A stretch of DNA of 64,000 nucleotides, taken from assembly GCA_035084275.1 (NCBI GenBank), contig CM068771.1, positions 620,001-684,000 of the forward strand, in the 5' to 3' direction. Positions 1 through 9,157 of the stretch are shown here, one piece after another. Position 1 is the stretch's first letter. Each line of letters begins with the position of its first letter. The notes beneath the pieces were generated by a model, which saw nothing but the letters and a program-made list of their open reading frames with translations, was not told the origin of the DNA and did no database searches. The translations under genes were made by a program, and so were the position numbers. This DNA comes from Hydrolagus colliei (taxonomy: Eukaryota).

Positions 1-34
1 GGGGTGTACATAGGAGGTGGACTGTGCTATGTGG

Positions 35-218
35 GGCAGAGGGAGTCACTGACTGACCAAGTAACAGATGACAGGAGGTGGACACAGCAGCTCATTGGTG
101 TATCCCAGGCCATTGCTGACTCGTATCTAAACCCGTGCTGTTGATATGTTTGTTCTGTGTTAAATCATTGTTTATCTTATTAATGTCTGAGGCGTTTAAT
201 CCCAGCCAGGGACTTTCC
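35..218 (+). promoter_or_regulatory. Orphan X1-Y-kB cassette, copy 1
   Basis: X1 CCAAGTAACAGATG 57-70, 20-bp spacer, Y CTCATTGGTG 91-100, GGGACTTTCC 209-218. Confidence 0.65.
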
Positions 219-299
219 AACCACAGCCACACTTCCCCCTCCTGAACCATTCTTCACACCCTCCTTCTAAACTGCTTCCCTTCATAATCCATTGCTCCC

Positions 300-760
300 A
301 CTTCTAAATGGTATCAAAAAGGCTAATGGGATGTTGGCCTTTATCTCGAGGGGCTGCCATATAGAGAAGAGGGAATGATTCTTCAACTAGCAAAAAGATA
401 AGAGAGTCTTGGTCTGACCCCATCTGCTATACTGAGTTCCATTTGGGGCACTGCAGCTCAGGAAGGATATGTTGGCTGGGTGGAGGGTGGTGGGTGGTGG
501 TGGTGGGGGGGGGGGGGGGAGCGGTGGGGGGGGTGGGGGTGCAATGCAGATTCTCCAAAAATGATACCAGGAATTAACGGGTAAAATTACCTGGGCAGGT
601 TGCACTAACTTGGTCCCTGACGTTTGTAAGGTGAGGAATGATCTGATCGCGTTTTTGAAAATAATAAAGGGATTCAGTAGCGTCGTTACAGAGAAACTAT
701 TTGCTCAGTTGGGGGAGTTCAGAACAAGGAGCCAATCCTTCTGGGAGTGAAATTATAAGG
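300..760 (+). mobile_element. CR1 LINE ORF2 C-terminal fragment
   Basis: aaaaaggctaatgggatgttggcctttatctc encodes the [10 protein letters not shown] motif; decayed. Confidence 0.75.
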
Positions 761-782
761 TTGATTTTCACCCAATTAGTAA

Positions 783-1079
783 CAATAATAATTATCCTTT
801 CCTTTTGATATAGAGATTTTCATGTCTTCTAGATGTCTGCAAGTACTTCTCAGAATATAATGTAAAGTGAATTGACAGTATATATATGTGGGCAAAACAT
901 GGCAGCGAATTGCACGCCACAGTGTCCCACAAACAGTCGTGGGTTGAAATAACCAATTTCTTTTAGGGATTATTAGGCATGTGGAATACGGAAACTTGCC
1001 CAAGGTTTCACCCTGCGTGGAATTGAACTCAAGTCTCTCACTTGTAAGGCGAGTGCTCTAACCACTGAGCTACAGGACT
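783..1079 (-). mobile_element. tRNA-derived SINE with Deu-like body and L2-like tail
   Basis: Reverse strand gtagctcagtggttagagcac head (A/B boxes), conserved body, tatcaaa..gga(taa)n tail. Confidence 0.85.
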
Positions 1080-1859
1080 AAGTGGAAAATTCTGGAACTG
1101 TCTCCCCCAAAGGGCTGTGTTGCTGAATCCATTCACAGTTTCAAAACAGAGCCAGACAGATATTTGTTAGGTCAGGGTACTAAGGGATATGGGGCAAGGG
1201 TGGTTAATTCAAGTTGAGGTACTCATCAGCCATGATATAATAAAATGGTTTGACAGCCTCCTCTTGTTTCTCAGTTTGTAATCTACTGTCTGGTCCACAC
1301 TAAACCTGAGACTGTCAATGTATGTGAGAGAGAGAGTGTGTAATTTAGTGTTTCAGTATGTGTTTGATTTTGTATATGTGTGTGTGTGTGACTCTGTGTT
1401 TGTGTGACTCTGTGTGTTTATTACCATCTTGATGCACGGGTGGGAAGCACAGATTCACCCGAATGATACCAGTGTTTAAAGAGTTATATCATGACAGGTT
1501 TCATAAATTTGTCCTCTATTTCCATGAGTTTGGCATATTAAGGGATAATCTGCTCTATGTTGTTAAAATAACAAAGGGATTCAAAAAGGAAAATAGAGAG
1601 AAACTGTTTCTTCTGATGTGGGAATCGAAATCAACGACCACATTCTTAAAGTTAGACCCAACAACAACAACAAAAAACTTTACATTTGCCTTTCATGTCA
1701 GGTGGATGTCCAAAGTCCCTGGACATACAGTGTTTCCAACTCGAGCTGGAGTGGGGATAGGGAAGAGTGGAGGGAAGGGAGGGGAAAGATTGCAGATGGC
1801 ACCAACGAAGGGAAGGGCCTTGAGGTGGAAATTGAAAGAGGGGGTTGGGCAGAGGGATT

Positions 1860-2290
1860 ATGGGATACAATTCTAGAGGATGGAGGCAGATTGGCTGTCA
1901 CAACCTCACCACCAAAGCTGCTGAAACCCCCATTCATGCCTTCATTACATCTCGGCTTGAATATGCAAATGACCTACTTGACGGCCTTCCCAATTCCTCC
2001 CTCCACATGTTGCAGATAATCCAGAACTCTGTGGCCCATGGCCTCTACTGTTCCAAAAACCGTGACCCCCATCTCCCCCAACTCGATTGACTCTACATAA
2101 TCCAGAGGATTCAATTCAAAATCCTGGTCCTTAGATTTAAATCACTCCACAACCTCGCCCCATCCTACATCTGTGACCTTCCCTCCCCCTATCCTCCTGT
2201 CCCCAGCTCGAGTCTGGCACAGTGACTATCCACCGCTTTGGGACATGCTCCGGATGAGAAAGGTGCTATACAAGTGTAATTTTGTTGTTG
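1860..2290 (+). mobile_element. Old L2 LINE 3' fragment
   Basis: Decayed AAETPIHAFITSRLEY...QNSVA...IQFKILVL motifs and (ttg)n tail. Confidence 0.75.
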
Positions 2291-3199
2291 TTGAAGACTT
2301 GCCCACAGATGGTGAGGCAGGTGGGTCAGGGGACTGGAGGGGACCATTAGTATGGAGCCTATTGAGCAGAGGGAGCAGACAGCTTTGTCGGGGATAAGGT
2401 GGTCAAAGAGATAGGGTGGGGTAAGGCCATGGATGGCATTCAAGGTAAGGACAGGGTGTTAAATTGAAACTTCTGAATGATGGGTAGTCAATGGAGTCGG
2501 GAAAGAATAGGAGAGATCTTGGTGTGGGAGAGGACTGGGGCTGCAGAGTTCTGCAGTCAGTGAAGGGAGCAGTTGGGAAGGCAAAAAGCAGGGCATTGGC
2601 ATAGTCGAGCCTGGTTGTGATGAAGGGATGAATGAGAGTTTCAGCAGCTGGGTGAGGTTTTGGTGAAATCAGGCAATATTGCAGAGGTGTGGGAAGACAA
2701 AGTGGGTCCTGGCTTGGATGTGGGGGAGGGAGGACAGTTGAGGATCGAACAAGACACCTAGGTTCTTGACTGGCTTGGTGTGATGGAGTGTGCAGCTATG
2801 GAGGTTGATGCTGCCAGTGCCATAGCCTTTAAATTAGAGCCAGGCCATTTACCAGAGAAATCAGGAGTAAGTTTTTTTTCAATCAAGGATAATGACTGTG
2901 TTTACCCTTAAGGTTGTGGTTGATGGCTCCATACACATTTTCAAGCCAGAGATGGATATATATTTGCTAGGTTGGGATAATAATAGATATGGGGCAAGGC
3001 GGGTACTTGGAGTTCAATTTCTGATCATCCAGCATTTTATAAAATGGTGGAACAGGCTTGAGTGCCTGAATAGCCTATTCCTGTTTCTGTGTTTCTAATT
3101 CATTGCCTACCTCATTGTAAGACCTGGAACTGCCAATGTTCAAGTGAGGGAGTCTTTGTGTCACTTAATATTTGATTTTGTGTATGTTTGATTGTATGT

Positions 3200-3585
3200 G
3201 TATGACCATATGTGTGATTGTTTGCATGTGAGAATGTGTGTGTATTTATGATTGTCGCTATGGTGAAACCATAAGTAAGGAACTGGTTTACATCTCACTT
3301 CCACAAGCCAAATTTCATCCTGTCTGACTTGAGAATTCTCCGAATTATTTCATTAAAATTATACATGTCAGCATTTTAACAACAATGCAAATCAAAACTC
3401 TAGGCCAGAGGTTCTCAATCTTTGGGATGTGGCTCACAGTTGAGTTGTGAGCATTTATAGGCCCTGTCTTATCCCCTCTATCAGTCCTCTCTTAACCCAT
3501 TCTCAGGGCAGAGGGACCCTGTGTGTAGAGGAGTGTAGATACACAATATGAGGTTCAGGGCAGTGGGAGGCTATTTGGGGCATAC
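3200..3585 (+). repeat. Partial copy of the upstream part of the cassette unit, cut off by a SINE tail before the X box
   Basis: caaatcaaaactctaggccagaggttctc and cctctcttaacccattctcagggcagaggg match the reverse complement of 62760-63080. Confidence 0.7.
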
Positions 3586-3666
3586 AATGTGATAATATTA
3601 ATAATGCTTACATTTGATATAGCACTTTGCACATCTTCTAAATGTCTCAAAGTGCTTCACAGAATA

Positions 3667-3749
3667 CAGATAGACCCCGCTTAATGAAGTGGTTAGGGAC
3701 TTTAAAACCCTGTGTTTCGCGAAAATTTTGTTAAGCAAGAGTTTAACTG
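3667..3749. mobile_element. Small Tc1/mariner (Tigger-like) MITE
   Basis: TA flanks on both sides, imperfect TIRs cagatagaccccgcttaa / ttaagcaagagtttaactg. Confidence 0.5.
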
Positions 3750-4499
3750 TATTACTGTAATTGGCCGCAGCCAAAATGCCGCCCCGATCCGAGCCTCCCT
3801 GCTAACATCAGTTTAGTTCCTAGCGGTTCCTCACGCTAACATTTTTGCTGTACAGGTTGAGGAGTTCTGGAATGTGACAAAAATTGCAGGAATAAAAATG
3901 CCAATCCTTCCTGCCCCAGGCCAGGTCTGCACAGTCACCACACTGAAATATCACAACCTGAGCCCAGGCATTTCAGGACACGTGATGCGCTTCTTTCTTT
4001 CTTCCTCAATCCCCAACCCCCACCCCACCTCCTCTCTTTCTCTCAAAGAGCAGCGCCTCTTCGACTGTGCCTTCTGCTCCCCTCCTAACTCTTCCATCTC
4101 TCCTACTCTCCTTCCCCTACCCCGACCGATCCCCCCCGTGCCTGGGTCCCGACCTGACTGTTCAGTGCATTGGGATGTCCTCGCGACATGAAAGCCGCTC
4201 TATAAGTGTAATTTTGTTGTTATTGTTGTTGTTAGGGTGGGTCAGACAGGAGAAATAAAGTAGGCCAGAGGCTGTTCGGTGGCTGGAGTGGACAGGTTGA
4301 TATGGGGTTAGCAGTCGGAGAGGTAGGGAGGAGCAAACCCGTGGAGGACCTTGAAGGTGAGGAGTACGATTTTGAATTTGATCCCCTGAGGTACGGAGCT
4401 GGGTGAGCATGGGCTTGATGTGCAGTAGAGGACCTGAGCTGCATAGTTCCAGACAATGTGCAGCTTGTGCAGGGGAAGTGTTGGGAAGGTCAACAAGCA

Positions 4500-5920
4500 G
4501 GGATATTAGCATGTGATGTAAAGATCTTCTTTAGGATCTCTCTCTCTCTCACAGAGCAGATTCCCCAATGTCTGACTTGTCGATTCACTTGATTATTTTA
4601 TTAAAAATCACGTCAGCCTTTAAGTAAATCCCGTATGCCAGACAATCTCAATCTGGAGGTGCGAGCATTCAGAGGGCCTGTCTTAAACCCTCGCTTTGGC
4701 CAGAGAGTGACTGTGTGGTGGGTAGTAGATATACAGTGTGAGGTACAGGGCAGAGGGAGTCACTGTCTCACCCAGTAACAGGTGACGAGATGTGGACACA
4801 GCAGCTCATTGGTGTATTCCAGGCCATTGCTGACTGGTATCTAAACCCGTGCTGTTCATGTGTTTGTTCTGTATTAAATCATTGTTTATGGTATTAATGT
4901 CTGAGGCGTTGACTCCCAGCCAGGGACTTTCCAACCACATCACTAACCCTCCCACAACTCCTAATCCACTGACTGCCTCACACTGAGCCTGGGTTATGCA
5001 TGTGTAACTGAGTGTGTGTGTCTGTGTGTGTACACATATGTGTGGCAGTGTGTGTAACTGATATTCGTGTATGTGTGCAAATGTGGTTGTGATTGTATGT
5101 GGTGTGTATGGGAGTGTATAATAGTATGTGTAATTGTATGTGCAACAAAATCACATTTATAGAGCGTCTTCCACATTGGGAGGACGTCCCAAGACGCTGA
5201 ACAGTCAGGTCAGGACCTGGGCAAGGGAGAGAGGCAGGGCAGGGGGGAGGGGTGGGAGAGAGTTAGGAGGGGAGGGGGAGAGTTGGGAGGGCAGGTGGCT
5301 GAGATGCCTAGAATACTTGAAAAACAGTTTATCAAATGCACGGATTATTATTATTACACAGTGTGAGGTTCAGGACAGAGGAAGGCTGTGTGAAGGGTAC
5401 AGTGTAGGTACACAGTGTGATGCACAGGGCAGAGGCAGGCAGTGTGGGAATACCGTGAAAATACAGTGTGATCTGTGCTACCCCCTCTGGACAGTTTTAC
5501 CCTCTTTTGCAGGCTTTTATTAACCCCTCTCTCAGACCTGTGTTACCGCCCACCCCCCCTCCCTCTCAGGATTACTTTACTCCCTCTCTCAGAGCTGTTA
5601 CCCCTTGTGTTCACTCCACTGGGGAAGGATTCTGTTGACTTTCGATGCACTGGGATCTGAGGTGCCCATGGATTAATGGCTTCCAAGCACAGTAACCCCC
5701 AAACCAGAGTGCTGACCAGTCATGGGGTGATATAGTGGCTTGCAAACACGTAGTTCCTTTGCCTGGTGCTCAGCCCAGGACAGGGTAGAGGGTAATATTT
5801 GTACCTCACTCACTCCAGTGGGAAACCTCACTCACTGCCTGAATCACTTACTTAGTGGCCAAGCACTGAGATACTTATCTGCTCTGAGCCTCTGGCCTGC
5901 CAGGCTTCACTGATCTGGTT
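4500..5920 (+). repeat. Locus-specific duplicated unit carrying cassette copy 2 (homologous to 62050-63250 on the minus strand)
   Basis: Shared blocks: gtaaagatctt...cagattcccca...ttattttattaaaaat and ggggaaggattctgttga...accagtcatggggtga...ctgctctgagc. Confidence 0.8.
4749..4932 (+). promoter_or_regulatory. Orphan X1-Y-kB cassette, copy 2
   Basis: X1 CCCAGTAACAGGTG 4771-4784, X2-like TGACG, 20-bp spacer, Y 4805-4814, GGGACTTTCC 4923-4932. Confidence 0.7.
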
Positions 5921-6445
5921 ATCTATACATATTTACAGTAAAGTTGAAAAGATGTAAAAGCCAGTGGTGTAAATTCACCAACACACACAGGATTGTTTGT
6001 TGTTGGTATGAATTCCTATAATGTTAGTGGCATTTTATTTTAGCTGCTGTATATTGTTCTTTTTCTCAACAACAAAATTACACACCTTTCATGTCAGGAG
6101 GACGTCCCAAGGTGCTGGACAGTCACTGCTTCAGACCTGAGGTGAGGATATGGTGGGTGGAGGGAAGGGGAGGGGATTAGGAGTTTTTAGTGGGCCCATC
6201 AAAGAGGAGAGTCTTGAGGCGAGACTTGAAGGAGGCCAGGGAGGGGGCAAGGTGGAGGGACTCTGGGATGAAATTCCAGAGGTTGGGGGCAGAGTGGCTA
6301 AAGGCTTGCCCAAAAATGGTAGAGTAGGTGGGTCAGTGGATGTGGAGCAGGCCAGAGTCTGCTGAGCGGAGAGGGTGGACAGGTTGGTAAGTGGGTGGGC
6401 ACTCAATGTTCGATAGTCTGAAAGTTCGATAGTCTGAACACACAA

Positions 6446-6512
6446 CCCAGGTAGCAAGCCCATATGGGTTGATCCATGCCCATATGGGGCCCACATGGGC
6501 TTGCTACCTGGG
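6446..6512. mobile_element. 67-bp palindromic MITE
   Basis: Perfect 18-bp TIR cccaggtagcaagcccat / atgggcttgctacctggg flanked by AA on both sides. Confidence 0.7.
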
Positions 6513-6541
6513 AAATTTCCTATACCCGGCGTGGTTACCGT

Positions 6542-6716
6542 GGTTACCGCTCGATCGTCTGAACCGAAAATGAAATAAAGTTTGTTAATCCGAACATTTC
6601 CATCCTTAGGGTTAGGGTTAGACTTAGGGTTACGGTTAGGGGAAGCTTCGGACTAACAAATCTTCGGACTAATGAACCTTCAGACTAACGAACCTTCGGA
6701 CTATCGAGTGGTAACC
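6542..6716. mobile_element. MITE with internal TTAGGG-like repeats
   Basis: ~22-bp TIR ggttaccgctcgatcgtctgaa / ttcggactatcgagtggtaacc (19/22), 16-bp subterminal repeats, ttagggttagggttag core at 6606-6641. Confidence 0.65.
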
Positions 6717-8584
6717 GGTAAGGGGTTTGGAGGTCACGGATGTATGGTGGGGTGAGGTTGTGGAGGGCTTTAAATGTGAGGACCAGGATCTTGAATTGGA
6801 TCCTCTGTATGATGGGGAGCCAGTGGAGTTGGGCGAGGAAGGGGGAGCTGGGGTCATGGAGTTCGGAACAGTAGAGGACATGGGCCGCAGAGTTCTGGCT
6901 GCAGAGTTCAACAGAATATGAAAGAACATGGAAGGTTCTTTACGAAATAAAATTTATACTTCTGGCATGCACACTCACATTACAACTATATTATAATTAA
7001 ACTAAAATTGTCCTCCTTGCAGTGTGAGGTAAGTGATGTCTCCTTGGAGTTGAAAGGTCACCAAGGTGACATGATTGTCACAATTTAGCCAGCCTGTCTC
7101 TGTGCGCAGTGTCCAGTCCTGTTCCTTAGCCAGATAGGTCTGCGGTATTACATTATGTAAGCAGCATGTGTCCCAACAGGGAGAGAGAGAGAGAGGGAGG
7201 GGGCATTCCATTCCAAAAATCTATCTCTGTGATTTCTTGGTGTAAATGTGATGTATGCAATTCTCCACTTAGTTTGGAGATTTTTAACCACCATTATTGG
7301 TTTCCACGTGTCAGACACCTGATTTTATTATGATATTCTTGTTCAGTTTAGTATTTTCAGTTGTTTGTCTTGTTTCAGTAAACATTGGGGATGAGCAATG
7401 GTTTTCTTACAATACTACAACAACAACAACAAAATTACATTTGTTTAGGGCCTATCACATTGCAAGGATGTCAAAAGGTGCTAGCACAATAGTAATAATC
7501 CTCACATTTGATATGGAATTATTATTAATTGAAAGGTTTATTGGCTAGGGAAAAGTGATCCATCAATCAAGTTACAAGAGGGTTCCTACTGACTGCAAGG
7601 AAAACAGAGGTGTGTGGAGCAAGGAACGTTGCCTAAGGTTTCGTCCCTGCCAAGGAATTGATTCCAGGCCCTCTTGCTTGTGTGACAAATGCTCTAACCA
7701 CTGAGATACAGCACTAAACAAAGATCAACTCAGGGAGGGTTTGAGGTGACAAATTCTGAGAGGATCTGCATCAGAATGTATCAAGACAGAAGAACAAGAG
7801 GAACAGGTTTATAGTTTAGTGTACAGGGTATTTAAAGAACAGACACCAGGAAATGTTTCAACTCGAGGAGAATTATCATGGGAATAGGGTTACCAGGAAG
7901 GGGAGTAGAGTCGAAGGGGTTATTGATTCCTTCAAAAGTAAATAACCACGATACAATAATAATATTGTCACTCAATTCATGACTATTTGTGGGTCACTGC
8001 TGTTTGCACTGCTGCCATGTTTCACTCACAGTATATATAGTAAATTCACTTTATAGTACACTGTGCACTTTGAAAGGTCTCGAAGATGTAATAAGGCGCT
8101 AAATCAAAAGTGAGAATTATTATTGAAACAGATTTTTTTTAAACAGCTACTCGATGGTTTGGCGGAGAGGTGTTTGGGATTGTGTAGAGTGGTGGGTTGT
8201 GAGGGTGGGTGCTTGTGTTGGTGATAAGGAGCTGAGGTGATGTGTGTGGGTGGGTGGGGTAGGTGTGGGGCATTTGAGGCGGCAGTGGCTGGACCTGGAG
8301 TTGTGTTTCTGGTTGGAACTCGGGTTGGGGCTCTGGTTAGAGGTGGGCTTGATGGGGTTGGGGTTGGGATGGTGCTGGGATGGGGTATTTGGTTAGAGCT
8401 GGGATTGCGGCTATGTTTGTGGCTGGAGCTATGTTTGGGGCTGGGGGTTTGTGCTTGGGGTTGGGGTTGGGGTTGGTACTACGTTTGGGGCTATGGTTGT
8501 GGCTGCAGTTGGGGCAATGATTGGAGCTAGTGATAGAGCTAGGGTTTTGGGTGGGATTGCGGCTATCTTTGTGTCTATAGCTGG

Positions 8585-8871
8585 AGTCCTATAGCTCAAT
8601 AGTTAGTGCACTTGCCTTTCACGCAGAAGACCTGGGTTCAATTCTAGGCAGGGCGAAACACTGGGTATGTTTCCTTACTAAACGTGCCTGATAATAATCC
8701 TGCAAAAAAAGCAATAACCAATTGATCATTTCAATCTACGACTGTGAGCGCATTGTTTGTGGCGACATTGCTGTGCGCAATTGGCTGCCGTGTTTTGCCT
8801 CAAAAATATAGTCAATTCACTTCACAGTATATTCTGTGAAGCACTTTGAGACATCTAGAAGACATGAAAAG
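8585..8871 (+). mobile_element. tRNA-derived SINE directly upstream of the alpha promoter
   Basis: agtcctatagctcaatagttag head, gggttcaattc B box, caattggctgcc body. Confidence 0.85.
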
Positions 8872-8950
8872 GGTTGGAGCTATGGTTGGAGCTGGTTTTG
8901 GGATATTATTGAGGTTTGTGGCTCTGGAGTTGCGAAATTGTTCAATATGT

Positions 8951-9015
8951 GACAGTAGTTTGCTGAAGTCTCCCAGCAACAAGTGAGTTGTGAGAGGCGG
9001 CCATGTGATTGGTGT
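8951..9015 (+). promoter_or_regulatory. Class II alpha proximal promoter: X1 (8972-8985 CCCAGCAACAAGTG), X2-like TGAGTTG, Y box (GTGATTGGTG 9005-9014)
   Basis: Close match to HLA-DRA X1 CCTAGCAACAGATG and Y CTGATTGG with 19-bp spacing; S box not clearly identifiable. Confidence 0.85.
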
Positions 9016-9093
9016 GGAGAGGAGTCAGGCACTGGGCTGGGAGGTGTGAGAGTCAGTGAGAGTTTCTCACCCACACTGAGAGCAGTCGGCAAC

Positions 9094-9157
9094 ATGGGAG
9101 CAACATTCCTCATCACCGCGACCCTGATCCTCGCCCAGGCGGTGGGGGCTGTCAAAT
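9094..9157 (+). CDS. MHCIIA: Class II alpha exon 1 (signal peptide MGATFLITATLILAQAVGAVK)
   Basis: First ATG after the Y box; hydrophobic leader; phase-1 donor T|gtgaga joins to AT of exon 2 giving Tyr. Confidence 0.9.

Noticed and set aside
6606-6641. Interstitial telomere or fusion site
   Set aside because: Only a few imperfect TTAGGG units, located inside a TIR-bounded element.
7007-7033. Possible 6-nt micro-exon (ccttgcag-tgtgag-gtaagt)
   Set aside because: It lies upstream of the alpha promoter with no partner exons; likely chance.
8150-8570. Degenerate GGGGTT-like array upstream of the alpha promoter
   Set aside because: Low-complexity sequence with no consistent unit or supporting evidence of function.
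8585-8660. tRNA genes at SINE heads (also 13402, 17766, 40864 and others)
   Set aside because: The tRNA-like heads continue into a shared SINE body and tail and carry decay mutations.
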